A stretch of DNA of 64,000 bases from Octopus sinensis (GCF_006345805.1 NC_043003.1:81716001-81780000), one strand, 5' to 3'. Positions 1-15,492 are shown, numbered from the stretch's first letter. Numbers and translations: made by a program. Notes: generated by a model not told the origin, from the sequence alone.

Positions 1-3000
1 ATCAAGCAAATAAATCCATAGTCACCGAATGACTTTTCGAAGTTACAATTACTTTGCACCATGCATGGATACTTTTTAACAAGAAAATGGTACAGCTATT
101 GCAGCTTAATACAGTTAATGTAGGAAACAAAAATAATCTTTAATTAATTTAATTTAAATCTATAAAGAGAAAGCAAATGATGCTGAGATTTAACGTGACC
201 AGCATTTTAATGTAGATATGCAGTAGAGAGTGATATGTACAGCCAACGTGTTTCCGCTGTTTATGTATGATAAGACGTTTCTCGTTAAATGTCTTGAAAA
301 CATATTCAAAATGTATTGAGTCTTGCAATACCTGACTGAATGCTTGTGTTCATCTTTGATTTTTGGTATAATAAGTCTGTAAAGATAGTATATTCATAAT
401 TTATGTACCGCAAATTAAATTAAGTATTATCTTTGCTTAATTTTAATTGTCTACACACTCAGATAATCATATTTCTATAAACAGTAAATCGACTCCCTAA
501 TCATGTAGTCTCGAAATATAAAATGTAATGGTGACGTCAATACAGCTGAAGTTCATCTATAACATCGTTAGATAAATTTATGTAAACATACTTAATGTGG
601 TTGTGCTGTTGAAATTTTCAGTTGTGAAAAGGTGATATTACGGTTCGTTTACGACTGTGGCATGACAGATTAAATGACAAATAATATATCTAAGGAGTAG
701 ATGAATGTATTTCAGCACATGGTAGTCCCTAGCAAGGAATCAAATAAAAGTTTACTTTATTTCAACAAAATAGGACTTGGGGAATATTCGAAAGTGTCGG
801 CTTGTAATTGGTGAGCTCATCAAAAGATAGTTAAAGTATGTTGTTTTGCAGGTGTTTTCATTACATTTACAGAAATCCAGATCATGCTTAATCTTTACCT
901 TCACTCGTTACGCATCTTTATTATGCATTTGTATGAGTTTATGTGCATGCAGCATAAGATTTATTATATGAAGCCAAATGAAAATAATTCATAAAACTTT
1001 AAACCAGAAATGTATTAATGCTCACGCTTTATTTCCTTCATATGCCAACTCCTATTTTTGGTGTATATGTATAATGAACTTCAAGAGAAGCAAGTTTGCA
1101 TAAAATATCTTATAATATCTTATACTCCAGTTCTGAATAACCTGATGAATATTTTCCTATTTGGCTTCGTTGATAAACGTACCCAGTTTGGTTAACCCAA
1201 TGCTCTTCATTGATTTTACTGAATTGAGTCAGATCAAGATTAGCGTTATATTTAACTGGATATAGCGAAATATATATATATTTATTTCCTAAATGTTTTT
1301 ATCCTATTTTCCACTTATCAACGTGTATGATACGTTTTGCTGAGAAATGAATGCAGATTTCAATGCCATGTTGGTATTTTGATAAGTTAGTTATGCTACG
1401 AAATGTAATTATCTGGCCAAATGTATACACTTTTATTTCCCTGCATATAGCTAGTCGTTTCTTTTCATTTTGAAAAATATGTAATTCAAAATAACATTTC
1501 TAAAGTTTATTAGTTCTTGATGTGGAAGACAATTAATCTATAATGAATACTAGGTAAATAATTTTAGTTTCTTAAACATTTACTGTATTTTTGAAATGTT
1601 AAATTTGTTTAATACTTCTTTTCAATGTACCTTTTATTCTGATCGATCTTGTAATAGGAATCACCAACAACCGATAATAAATAAAATTTAATTTATTTCT
1701 GGGGCGGAGGCGGTAGTGTTGTTAGAAGTGTATCATTTTATTAATTATTCGTTATATTGTATTTCTAGTTATCAACTTCAAGTAATCGACAACTGATCAC
1801 GATTTCCTCAAATCAGACATTTTACTTTTAAGTTGAAATTTAACGCGCAGCTGATCTATAAACCTGAACTATCTGGCTGAAATTCAGTTTGAAGATAAAT
1901 AAAGGAAAGAAATATTAAAAATTTTAAAGAAGTTATACGATATTTTATTTTTTATGCTTTTAACATTTAGATTTCCATTTTGCTCACAAAACTAAGATAC
2001 TTTTTACTTCACTGCATCTCAGGATATTAAATGTACAACTATATTAATTTAAATTAAGATAATTGACTCAGAAATAGTAAAAATTAACGGTTGAACTATT
2101 CCTTTATCTTTCCTTTTGAAGTGACGACACTTGTACCAATTCATTACAATTTCTTTTTATATTCTCAATATGGATAGTATGGCAAAATACCAACTTATTA
2201 CAATTAGCAATGCAAAATGAATGTGCCTCTATAAAACAATTCCAGTCTGGCTTGCATCCCCACTGTGAACTTGTCTTTTTTCTTGATACTGTAATTATAT
2301 GCACAAGAATTAGGAAACTTTATGTAGCGGTTGATCTGCGAGAGTTAGTAACCAAAATCCTGCAAATAATCTTTTCAAGTAAAGAATGGATAAAGCATAC
2401 TGGAAATATAGTTGTACATGTCAAAAACAGCAGCTAAAATTGTAACACTTCTGATCATGATTTTACTAAATTTCGGTTTATTTAGGGCTGAACAACAGCA
2501 CATTCTTATAAAATACTCTTCAAATGTTATGCTAAAATATTTGTATTGTTTTATATTGTTTATTTTATACTATTTGACATTTATTGGAACATACGGCCAT
2601 TCTTCCTACATTATTAATCTTAATATGTCCTTTAGCATTAAAACAACAATTTCATAGTTTAAAGGTGGACAGATATTCCCAACAATGTATTAATTGAAAG
2701 TCAGATATCTTGGGAATACAGTACATATATACATATAAGCACGTTTTTAATTGAAATATTGAGATATCAAAGGGGTTCAGCTGGAGTCTGAGTGTATCAC
2801 ACCTATTGACCAATCGATTTCATACAGTGAGCACATAACTATAATATTCGACTAATATTTATGATACACGATTCATTTATTAACACCTAAAATTGAGAAA
2901 CTATTATATTAATTTTTACAATGGATCTTTTATCGTAAATTTAATATTTATCAGTAATAAACGAATGATATTAAAACACCTTAATTTAATTTCAGAGCAA

Positions 3001-6000
3001 TAAACACAGCTTTCAGTACTCATTAAAGTAACATTAGTATAAAAAAAGTTTTCACTTCAATTATGCAGATGAAAGGTTTGACACTTCTTTGTCTTTTAAT
3101 GCAGAAAGTCTGTACATACATTCGATGGTATATAAAACATTATTCTTAACCACGCTTTACTTTCACAATTCGTGTTCCGGTCTTTGCTCTTTGGTTACAT
3201 AAAAACAAAAATTAAAAGCAATTTTATGATAATTGCTGCTTAAAATATTCTGTTCATTAGCACATTTTATTTTTGTGACAATATAAACGTCTGTCATGTT
3301 TGGGGATATTTTTATTATATTATTCTATATCATCATTGTTTGAAATGAATCTAATATCAAACAAATAAAACAACGCTATAAAATATTGTTAATTTGTAAA
3401 GTAACCCAAAATATAGGTTTTCAATTTTTACTGACACAGGAAATATAATCACACATCTTTTAATAGTCTTAAAAATTCTGTAGATACTGGCTATTGTTTC
3501 TATTAACTATCTCTATTATATTTAATTATTCATTTTTGTACTCTACATAATATATTGTGTCTTAATATCTGTTCTGTAATTCATTGATATTTATTGACTT
3601 TCAACGCAAAGAGAAGAATGAAAAAACGTCAGTTTTCATACATATACGAACGCACACACTTGGACACATCCAAACTCCTGTCTCTGGAATTTACGTCTTT
3701 CTTATCAACTGGGCGATTCGATGATGGTTAATCAAATCTCGGTTTGTCCCTCAGTTAGATTCTGTTGACCTTACACTTTAACTCGTTTTAGCGAGAGCAT
3801 CTATATACCTTTTTTTTGCAGAGCACTTACTTCTTGATGACTTCTTTATTACTCACTCACGCAACCCATCGTTATTGAATTATAGACGACTTCATATCAC
3901 CATATACTTCGCTTTTCTGACCACCTATGGCATAATAATAGCGAATTAATGCGTCAAACAACGTCAGTTTACATCATAATCTGTCTTGAAATATTGAGTG
4001 CAAAACAATTGCAAAGTGGGTTTGAACACAAAAAGCCTCGAATTATTTTCATTTGCTGATTTCTTTTTTAAAGATTAGGTATTTCTAAAACAGATATAAT
4101 ATAATGTAATATAATGCAGTATAATATAGTATAATGTGCGCATATTTATGTTGGTATGTATAGAAATGAGTGCGTCTATATTAATGGTCTGGCACAAGAA
4201 CACTTAACGGAAGAAGCAACTATCGTATACGTGTACGTGTTGGACGTTTTGAAATAATCATTTAATATTTTATTGTATCATATGAAGATAATCATAAGCT
4301 AAATAAAAGCAATTTTAAAATGTTCTGAATTCATTTGAACGTAATAGAAGAATATTCGGTAGATGAGTATTATCTAAGACTTCATGGCGACGTATTGCCT
4401 CTTCGTCTGGAGATTTTGCTTTACTATATTTATTTTAGCTTTACTTTTACAGAAAGAATACTTCGATTTCAAATTAACCAATTAACTTATTTGCATTTAA
4501 TTTTTCCCCGTATAGAGGCAATCTGTTGTACTTCGACGATATTTCATTGAAAAAATAAGCATTGTTGATTCAATGAGTCTGTAATGCCAGAATGGGATGG
4601 AAACGAAGCTAATCCTGATATTTGTCTATTATTTTATTGTTTCCAATTTCATGTTATGTTTTTCCCGTTTCAAATGATATCCAAAATGGTCGATCTTAAA
4701 AAGGAAGGACTGCATTACTAAACGGAAATCATGCTAACAACGTACAACAATATTAAAAACAAAGCTATTTTAAATAGTCCTTGGAGACAAGGTAATGATA
4801 CAAGTAAATAGAACCGAAAACAAGATAAGGCATTTTTGAAAGCCCTCATGTTCATCGAATAAATTTTCCTTTATGAGTAAAACAACCAATATGAGATATT
4901 TTGAGTAGATCACTGTGAATCGTTCATGATATCGATTATTTCAAAGCAAGATACGTTTGTCATGTATTTTACAAAATTTAAAAAAAAAAAGATTTTTCAA
5001 CCTAGGCCTCTGGCAAGTATATTGTCCTACAGAATGGGAAAGAAAATTTATAACACGTTATGCCATCTTAGTGCATTTGATATATCTCGTTCTAACACTT
5101 AGTAAACATTTTGACTACACTTCAAAGCCCTTTCGTTCGTAGCACTTTTAAACTTATTTATGCTAGCAACACTCACGATTTTACTACATATAAATACACA
5201 GCTAATGTATTTACTCTCTCTTCACCGTTTCATTACTTTTCAAATACATCTTCCTCTACACCTGCACATCTTCTATTGCTGAATACTGCCAAAACATCTT
5301 ACAATCTGGCTATATCTTCTTTCGACTGCTAGAATAAATAAATATCTTCAAAACAATAGAGTAATCATTATATTTCATATCAATATCAACGGTATAAAAC
5401 ATTACACTCTTTACATAATTTAGATCACGGAGTTTCTATTCCATTTGATGTAAACGCCGAACTTTCAATAAAAATAATTTTAAAATTCAATGCTAGAATT
5501 TAATGTGACACTTTATACGTTTTTAAAAATCAAATCAGAAAATATATGCTTTGTATATATTTGTATATATATGCTGATCGTATATATATTTTGTTGACAT
5601 CGACTCGTAGATAACAAGCAAGATAACACTTATCAATATACTATAACCTGTATTTGCAGAAATCTGTACTGTCAATAACTTAAATATTTTCCGAGTATTG
5701 TTCTTAACATTATCCTGCGTCAGTACATTCTTGTATTGTTCATTCTTGAATTGTTCAAGACATTATTTTTCAGTCCTGTATAAGGTACTCTTGGAAAATA
5801 TTGAAGTTGCATATTCGAACATCACACTGCGTAAATAATAAGGGGGAAATTGAAAATTAGACATCTCAAAAAAATATGAAGCAAAATAAAGCAAAGTGAA
5901 CTCTGATTTCATACTCAGAACAATATATATGTTATAGATTGTGGAAAGGATTATGAAATCTATAAAGAATTAAGTACATGAAACCATAAATATCATAAAT

Positions 6001-6948
6001 GTCATACGTAGTTTTCTTTATACGTGCCTATATTAATTTACGCGCACATACACTATACACATGTAGGTCTACACACACACATACGCACACACGCATGCAT
6101 ACATTCATGCCTATATAAATTCATAGATATGAGTATGTGCACGCCTTTCGTTGTGTTTGTGTGCGTGTGTGTGTATGTTATGATCTTAAAATAACGTACT
6201 AAATGACACTTCGAGTTTGATGCCCCCCATTCAGGTTTCTAATTCTTGAGAAAACAAGCTGTTCATGTAATCTTACTCTAATCAATGTCTGTTACACAAA
6301 AGCGTACAGACTCATGCAAACAAATCCACACGATTATATACATGCATAGATACAAATAGTTACTTAAATATTTGCTGGAGTTGGAGGAAATGAATGAATC
6401 TTCAATGTAAGAACATAAAAACAAACGAGGATATTTTAATACTTTTGTAATCTATAAGTTTGTAAAGCATTGCACCAATAATTCGAGGACCGGCCGTTAT
6501 AGTTACAGATCTAAAATTGATGTCTCTTATTGATTAAGTAGTTAAATTGCCTAATGTAATGCTGAGCACGTAATATGTATATATAGCTGAGAGATACTTA
6601 CAATTACTGTTTTTATTTTAAGACAAGTTGTTATACAAGTGACATAGTGTAAGAAGAAATATGCTCCGAGTAAACGAGTATTGATTACGGTCACCGAATG
6701 CAAATTAGAAAACTAAATTTAATACCTATTTCAATTAAATGTCTGTTGTTTGTGCTAATATGGCAAAACAGACTGAGGAGCTAAAGTATTTCCAATTGCT
6801 TCGGATAATGATATATGTCAATAAATATGCCTCGATCATTTTTCCCTATTATAATCCAAATTTGTTACGTTATGGAAAAGACAGTCTTATAGGAGTTGAT
6901 ATGTCTCTCAGAATAAAACATGTTTTCATATGTAAACTTACAAAGTTC

Positions 6949-7190
6949 ATTATTTACATTTTGGCGAATATTTGTCTTCATCTTGTTTGTTATTAACACA
7001 GCGTTTCGGCTGAGTTACCCCCCCCCCAGCCTTCATCAGGTGCCTTGGAGAAATTTCGAGCCTGATGAAGGCTGGAGGATTTATTAGCCGAAACTGTGTG
7101 TTAAGAACAAACAAGATGAAGACAAATATCCGTCAAATGTAAATAATTTAAATAATGTACATAACTCCTCATCTATTAAATATAGAACTG
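6949..7190. mobile_element. Head-to-head inverted pair of Penelope-like pLTR ends with HHR-like cores
   Basis: Arm 6949-7040 is the near-perfect reverse complement of 7061-7146, with a 20-bp spacer. Each arm reads CTGATGA-A-GGCTG..(T/C)AGCC-GAAAC outward. The right arm continues ~45 bp further (3' extension). Confidence 0.7.
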
Positions 7191-7974
7191 TATTTACAAA
7201 GTTGTTCAGATGTTGCACTGGTAGTGTTTTAACAAGAATACTTTTTCTTACATTATGCTTGTATACTTTGTAAATAGTTCTAGGGACGTCTACAGACATA
7301 TATATTTATAATCGACTGTCTGGCGCTTTAACTCATTTTTGCTGTTACATATATCCATAGAAATTTTATAAACATTAGTTATGTCTACATGACCCACTTT
7401 TCCGAAACGGTACCATACCTCAAATCTACTTTTATTGAGAAAAAATATATAATGCTTTACTTTGCAAAATCAACCAGCAAAATTGCATTAATAACAGCAT
7501 CAACCACGATAATAAAATGAGTAAGTAAAATACACTGCCGTTATTATGCAATATAGCAATATAATAACGAAACTTATGAACAAATAAGCAAGGTGTAAAA
7601 GGTGCAAGTGACTTAAAACACAGCCTAGAGCAACACAGGCGTAAACTTTCATAATGTAAATTACTATTGACATTTAAGATCGATGTACAACGGAAGAATG
7701 ATTACAGTTCGCCTAACTTTCGAAAGATGCATCATGTAGTAAACGTACTGAACAGGTTAAATGAAGATGGATGCAACATGTGTGTACATCTGTGTAAATC
7801 TGTGCTTTGGTATACAAATGTAGCTAGATCGGGCTACCTGAGCAGGAGAGAAATCATTCATCTTATCGAAAGAATACCATATATATAGGTGCAAGTCTGC
7901 AGTATTGAAGCTAACTTAGCACATGAAAAGGTAGGCTCCTTGGCCAACAGTAGTTATATTGTCCAACCGTGTGA

Positions 7975-8190
7975 GGATGCATGGCAAGAAAATCGTGGTT
8001 TAAATTCCTAGACCGAATGGTTCGTTGTGTTCTTGAGCAAAACATTTCATCTCACGTTACTCTCCGATCTCTTCGATACCTCACGTACCTGTTCACTAAA
8101 CGTCTATTTGACGGGTAAGGTCATTATATCCAATTGTACCAAAAGTAAATAGTTAAGTATCAACGCATCCCCCATCTTATATGTGTGTTT
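7975..8190 (+). mobile_element. Degenerate tRNA-derived SINE fragment
   Basis: B-box-like GGTTTAAATTCC followed by the SINE-typical TTGTGTTCTTGAGCAAAACATTTCATCTCACGTT tract. Confidence 0.45.
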
Positions 8191-9149
8191 ATGTGTGTGT
8201 GTGTGTGTGATTGCAGGTACGCGAATATATTTTTGAATTATGAAAAATATTTATCATATTCCCCAATACTGATTATTTTATGTTATGGGAAAATACTATT
8301 GAGAAGCGAAATATTTTTGTTTCTTCTAAGACAATCAGCCGTGTGCCATTAAATGTTTTCATGAAGGAGCATAAACGTCATATTGGTAGCCTATCTTATA
8401 GCTTTCAGCACTCGCTGCTTCAAAACTTCAACAACGTTTAATATCTTTGTTATTAATTTCAATGCCAAATTTTACGCGGGAGATGTCAGTCAGATTAGTC
8501 AATGCCAGCATATGCCTGAGCTAATAAATAATCTTAAACCGGTATATATGAAAGATAAATCTGAATTCAGATCATATTTCGAAGAAACTGGTTACTTTAA
8601 CGCATTTAAACATGTGCGCCATTATTTTAGTCTAATCGCCAACCTATCCTAAAACAACATTAATTCCCTTGCATTACACTGATAATACTATACAGATATT
8701 TAACAAGAATGATGACAAGGGAGTCTCGATTTAGTCCGAATAGAATTTAGGTGATAAGACAATTGAAATTTGGGTGATAAACAGTAAAAGAACTGTGTTG
8801 GCAGTTATTTATTACAATATTTTCTGCCGTAAATATTTATCAAGTCTTCCGCACATTTAATTTCTTCAAAAGTTTAAATTCATCAAGAATTCTACGTTAA
8901 CAACTTGCCTTCGTTTGATTAAATTTACTTCAGGGTATTATCATGTATATTACATAAAATATATTTATCCCAGAGGAAAATTAAAATTTGGCGAATATGC
9001 ATAGCAAAGAGTTTACTCTCTTATCTACGTAAAATTTGTAATAATCTTAAGTTCCTGTTTAATTTTCTCATGGGTGTTTGAGAGTTCAGGGTTAAGGAAT
9101 GCTATTCGATTTTAAGTATAACAGTGTTATTCATGCCTTAGGACTTTTG

Positions 9150-9181
<32 letters not shown>

Positions 9182-9495
9182 TATATATATACATATATAT
9201 GGCTTGCGTTTTATTGCACAAACAGATTATAGATAAGTGTATTGGGCTCAAGGCTACGAACTATCAGATTTCCGAATGTTGCTGTGACGTTTTTAACATG
9301 GTCATTCATTGACAAACGTAAATAGAAGAAAAACGTAAGAAGTAATCATACTGAGATTTTTTTCTGAGACAATATAATGACTTAGTTTTGAATTAGTAAA
9401 GAAGAATTCCAAAAATTTGCGTCAGGTATTTAGTGAACATCCCCTGTTTTTATTCAGCAGCATTATATATACACACACACACGCACACACACACA

Positions 9496-9551
<56 letters not shown>

Positions 9552-9963
9552 AATTCACAGATACACACTCATATACAGTGAGCCATGGAGAGGGAAAAGA
9601 AGAGGTAGCTATTAGAAAACATCTAAAAGTTCCTATATTGAATAACAAAACTTTTAATTTCCGTTACAGTTTTTCCTACGTTTCATACATTTGCTGTGTT
9701 GGTAATAGTGACTCATTCACTTTGTGCATTTTCCCGCGTGTCCATTAACGTTGTGCATTAGAAAGTAATGGTAGAAAATTCCAGTAGATCTGTAACCTAC
9801 AGGATCTGTTTGTAAGCTTGAAAGAAAATGACGTCTGAAAGAAAATTGTCGCAAAATTCTCAGGCATTTTATTTCATAACTAAGAGATTTTCGCAAAGCT
9901 TCCCAAAGATTTGTGTCAAACTTAAGATTACAATAATTCTTAAAGTTTCGGAACATATAATAA

Positions 9964-9973
9964 TACACACACA

Positions 9974-10056
<83 letters not shown>
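9964..10056. repeat. (CA)n microsatellite
   Basis: Direct reading. Confidence 0.95.
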
Positions 10057-10064
<8 letters not shown>

Positions 10065-10177
10065 GGTAAACACTCCTAGCCCTCAGTAACAGCCGTCAGA
10101 TTTTTAACGTCTTCATCCCTCTAATTCTTTGAGTCTATGTAATTTGAGTAAGCTTGCTCTCTTTCTCTCTCGGTAGG

Positions 10178-10209
<32 letters not shown>

Positions 10210-10409
10210 TATGTATATTTACATAGTTATACCTGACTGTGTATTATCTGGAAATTTTGAGCTTGCCTTCTCTTTTTACATCTATAGCCCTCTATACATA
10301 TATATTTTTTGTGCGTTAAAGCCTAAGGCTTTATCCGTTTATTTGCATCATTTCTACCATATCTGCTCATTTAGATTCCCCTTTTAGCCACTCTTTTCTC
10401 TGCTGACTT

Positions 10410-10453
<44 letters not shown>

Positions 10454-10950
10454 ATATATATATATATATATATATATTTATACACACACATGTACTCACA
10501 CACACGCACGCACACACATACATTTATATATCTATATACAATAATAACTGTATAATAATATATCATAATATATACATATAGTCCGATTAAAGTGACATTA
10601 TCTAAACAATTGACTGAAAATGATGAGCTTACCCAAGCTTGAACTTACATACCAACGCTAAAACGGCTTCATACGCATCCAATTGAGCCATGTTATTATT
10701 ATATAAAAAAGACCTTCGTAGTCGGTCTTTCTCGGTAACAAATATTATATGTAGTACGAGACAGTTAAGCATTTATACATAAAATTTGACTAAAATTTAT
10801 GGGCATGCATCTTTCTCAATCGGATAGTGCGTTGAAACAAATGTTGTTGTGTCTAGTGGGTATCATTATGCCAACACATACATGAACACACACATAAACA
10901 TACACGCACACACACACATACACATATATATACATACATTTATATATACT

Positions 10951-10989
<39 letters not shown>

Positions 10990-11009
10990 GGAGAGAGTAC
11001 ATTGAGTTA

Positions 11010-11100
11010 ATCTTATCGTTCTACCATAGCGTCGGACCAGGCAAGACCTTGTGAGATGATTTGGTGGACGGTAAAAGAAAAAAGTCCATCGGATATATGT
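11010..11100 (+). mobile_element. Internal fragment of the SINE family seen at 15076-15492
   Basis: CCTTGTGAGATGATTTGGTGGACGG resembles the reverse complement of CCGTCTACCAAACCCACTCACAAGG at ~15349-15373. Confidence 0.5.
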
Positions 11101-11418
11101 TATATGCATTATATTATGAAAATTCTGTTCTCCTATATCGAATGGCTGAAAACGTTTATAAAGACTACTGTAACTTCATAGGTATTTACACTAATACTAA
11201 CAGAAATTAATGAATTCCAAGTATATTAATCGACATGGAGCTAAACCTATGTACGCTTGTATAAAATCATGGCATGAAGGAGTTATCTCTTTCCGTTCGA
11301 AACTTCGTGAGAGCGATATAATAAGTACTAGGCTTCTAAAAATATTCATTTTACTAGTCCCTTCAAGGCGTTGCCCCAGCATGCCCACTGTCTAATGGCT
11401 GGATAAGTAAAAGATAAT

Positions 11419-11419
11419 A

Positions 11420-11511
<92 letters not shown>
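11419..11511. repeat. (TATC)n microsatellite
   Basis: Direct reading. Confidence 0.95.
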
Positions 11512-11517
11512 ATAAGA

Positions 11518-11560
<43 letters not shown>

Positions 11561-11659
11561 CATACCCATATATATCTTGCATCTGTTTTCTTTCCTCCAC
11601 CTCACTCGCCATTTTGCATCACTTCTAAATTAACTATGACTTAACCATCCTCTCACACC

Positions 11660-11711
11660 GTCTTTGATGAAGGGATATAATTAATAAATATCCTAGAAAC
11701 ATCTGTAAGAC
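11660..11711 (+). ncRNA. Type I minimal hammerhead motif, core mutated (C3->U), in a short PLE-type solo pLTR
   Basis: GTCT-TTGATGA-AGGGATAT/ATATCCTA-GAAAC-ATCT-GTA-AGAC. Stem I is GTCT/AGAC. Same family as 47950-47997. Confidence 0.7.
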
Positions 11712-13041
11712 CTTCTATCTATAAATGCTCTAATATCTACACGCCATTGGTTTTTTTTATCTTATTACGCAAAAAATTCTAATATATATATGTGTGTGTG
11801 CATTGTATGTATGTATAATATACATTCATATACATATGTGTGTCTGTTTGTGTTCGTGTGTATGTGTTTGTGCGTGTGTGTGTGTGTTGCATTAGCATGT
11901 TTGTGCATTTTAAAATCATGGGTATAATGCAGAAATGTAGTTCAATGTAAAATATAAAGCCAGAATCTCCCCTTATAGATTAATTTGTTATTGCGTTCTT
12001 TTTACTGGGTGAATGTACGGAGGGATAGTGCTCAGCCTAAAATCCTTTTCACATTTGAACGGTATGAACTGAGTCCACAGAATCTACAGTACATTCTGAT
12101 TAGATACACCTCTAGTTATATAGTGATTTTACACAGTTTTCTGCGTGTAGTAACTCTTATGTTATGCATGTACATACACATACATATATACATACGCCCA
12201 CACATACGTATACATCTATACACATTTATAAATGTGTGCGTGCACCTAAGTACTTATGTATTGTCATATGAAATAATGTTTGTAAATAAGTGCGGCGAAG
12301 AAATCCATTTCGCATTTGCATTTGAATATTATTTGGTGATGAAGACGTGTAAGCAGTTAGAAATAACCTAGCCGAACGGCCAAGTTGCCTCAGTAAACCT
12401 TGCGTATTATTGATGTTATGCTGCCTATTCTGTTCTTGTGTAATAGCCTCTTACTTATACACGTGATAGATAACAATTTGATACTGCTTGTAGGTTAGAC
12501 ATTGAATTACTCTCTTCAGAAGACAAAACATCAAAGCTTCGCTAATTCGAAAATATAACATTGAACACATCATCTGTATACTACTTGTTGAAGACTTACT
12601 AATAGTTCATATATTACCGAATTGTGTCTGTTATCTTTAAGTAAAAACGAAAGTAACTGCCTTTCATCTTCATGGCATATTTAACAAAAGTAAATAAACA
12701 AATAAATAAATAAGAAATAAAATCGATAATTCGAGCAGTTTATTTATATATTTTTGAAAAAAACTTTCATTCGTGACAATACTATTTTGAATTAAAGAGT
12801 TTATGTATTAAAAACTTGAAAAAATATATCGTCTAAAGACCTTTTTGTTTTTGTTTTCACTTTCTCTCATTTATTAGACAATATACAAGTACATGCACAT
12901 ACATACATACATGCATGCATACATACATGCATACATACATACATACACAGATGATCTCAAGCATACACAATCGCATACATATGAATACACCTGAATCAAA
13001 ATATTTTTTCAATATATGTGTGAATAGTTATGTACAAGATC

Positions 13042-13115
<74 letters not shown>

Positions 13116-13939
13116 ATGATGTTTTGTATATAAGTGCAATCAATCTGTTATATAATGCACATATGAACATTGTTATCCTTTGATCACTTTATTTATATTT
13201 TCGTGTATATATGTATACGTATATGTGTGTGTGAATATACAACATACAACACATATATTTACGTGTATATATGTATACGTATATGTGTGTGTGAGTATAC
13301 ACACATACAACACATATATGCTCTCACACGCACATATGTATATACACATATGCACACACATTATATATGTCTATGCGTGTATACTAGATTCATATAAATG
13401 GCATCCCTCCATTTAAAGACGTTATATTGAGGATTAAACAATATTTCAGTTTATAATCGTTTTCCAAACTATCTTTTTTTTATTTCATCTTTTAAAATGA
13501 TGTAAGTTTCAAACCAACAATTATAATAGCAAATAGTAAATGTATTCATAACCAAAATATTTTTTTAAAACCCTTTAATTTAGAATATTTTATAACATAT
13601 CTTTCAAAAGTGAAAGCAAAAAAACATTTTCGTTAAAGATCGACAAGAATAAAATAATCTGACTTTGATGCTTGGCCTGGTATCTGAAATTTCTCGGAAT
13701 GGAATCGCATCTACGAAATATAGAATCGATAACTTTGTTGATTATATTATCTCGATTCTATTCTTATATATCTGCTATAAAATCATACAAGTAATTCATT
13801 TTCATGGAATTCTTTTGTCAAGATATCTGGTAGATCAGTTTCCATAAGTTTCCGCCCTCTATCTCAGATGAATGATTTTACCAGTGTCACTTTTAATTGT
13901 CAAATTCATGCACACTTAATGCAGTTATTATCCCCACCA

Positions 13940-14002
<63 letters not shown>

Positions 14003-15075
14003 ATATACATATGCATTACAGTTGAACAAATTTAATTTTGCTCATCACCGCAAAAGATTTTTGACCAAGCATATAACATTCAATCCTTGTGTTCCAGAGG
14101 TAGCTAGATACTCCTGTAAGCCAAGCCTATTTTTCAAAATTGTTCATAGGAGTGGCAATCATTTCTGTGCTATTTTTACGGAATATCGTTCAAAATATCA
14201 AGGGTGTTCATTTATCTGTCAATTAGAAAATGGGGAATGTATTGGTCGGTTAATTAGGAATGCTTAAAATACCCACAAGTTTCTTTGATGATATGGAAAA
14301 CATAGTTACTTCACAGGAAAAAGGTTCATTTATTGCTGAACAGTCTATTTCGACTAAAAGAATCGGACATTCCTCGATCACATTTCTGTTGCTAAGGCTT
14401 TTTGTTATTTTGTCAACTAATCACAACATATCATATGTTGTTACAATAAAATAGTTATTAACTAGTTGTCATAATTAGAGTACTACATCGAATGATAAGT
14501 TTGAACTACATTGTTGTATTTAAATTAATAGTTATTATTCGATAAAGTTTTCACGCTTATACTTACATCATATAAAAGGGTACCGAATGCTTTGGTATCC
14601 CTATGCTTTTTGCCTTATTCTTGAATAAATAAATAAATAAATAAACGGAAATAAGTGACTTTTAATCATTAGTGAACTAATGTCTAGTATGTGATTATGC
14701 AATTTAAGCTTTAGTTACATTGATTTAACGGCTAGACAATTTCTAATAATACGCCAAGTAACTAAATTTCTTAATTATCTTCTTTCTGTTGTCACGTTAA
14801 TCAAATATTCCGTGGATGAACACTTGCTACCATGAAATTACAATCACACTATGTTATCACACTGGTGGATAACATCATATCTATGCGGCTAATGAAAATG
14901 CCAGATGCGTATTTCTGCATCCGTCTGCTACAGAAATAGTTTTTGTTTTTAAATACATGTTCAGGGAAATACTTCCTCCGGACACTTGCTACAGGAAGTT
15001 TGCTTTGTCGAGATTAATCTACATTAAGAATAATACATAGATCCCTTTTTAATCTAATATGTTTCTTGTTGCATA

Positions 15076-15492
15076 TACTCTTTTACTCTTTTACTTGTTT
15101 CAGTCACGTGACTGTGACCATGCCTTTAGTCGAGCAAATCGACCCCAGGACTTATTCTTTATAAGCCTAGTACTTATTCTATCGGTTTCTTTTACCGAGC
15201 CGCTAAGTTACGGGGACGTAAACACACCAGCATCGGTTGTCAAGCGATGTTGGGGGGGGGACAAACACAGACACACAAACATATACACACACGTACATGT
15301 ATATATATATATATATACATATACACACGACGGGCTTATTACAGTTTCCGTCTACCAAACCCACTCACAAGGCTTTGGTCGGCCCGAGGTTATAGTAGAA
15401 GACACTTGCCCAAGGTGCCACGCAGTGGGACTGGGCCCGGAACCATGTGGTTCGTAAGCAAGCTACTTGCCACACAGCCACTCCTACGCCTA
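15076..15492 (-). mobile_element. Near full-length octopus-type tRNA-derived SINE
   Basis: Minus strand begins GGCGTAGGAGTGGCTGTGTGG (A-box-like), continues ..CACCTTGGGCAAGTGTCTTC.., has an internal CA/TA tract and ends in (AAAAGAGT)n. Confidence 0.85.

Noticed and set aside
2100-2720. Minus-strand frames vaguely resembling membrane-protein helices (Cys-loop receptor M2/M4 or GPCR)
   Set aside because: Multiple stops, motif spacing does not fit, and several incompatible readings are equally plausible. It needs an HMM search.
3700-3960. Possible Tc1/mariner N-terminal remnant
   Set aside because: No clear motif or TIR.
8383-8652. 89-aa non-repetitive ORF
   Set aside because: No recognisable motif, and the length is expected by chance.
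10600-10695. tRNA-like A/B boxes on the minus strand
   Set aside because: No cloverleaf; at most a decayed SINE head.
14030-14450. Possible old LINE RT remnant on the minus strand
   Set aside because: Only scattered weak resemblance, with no intact motif.
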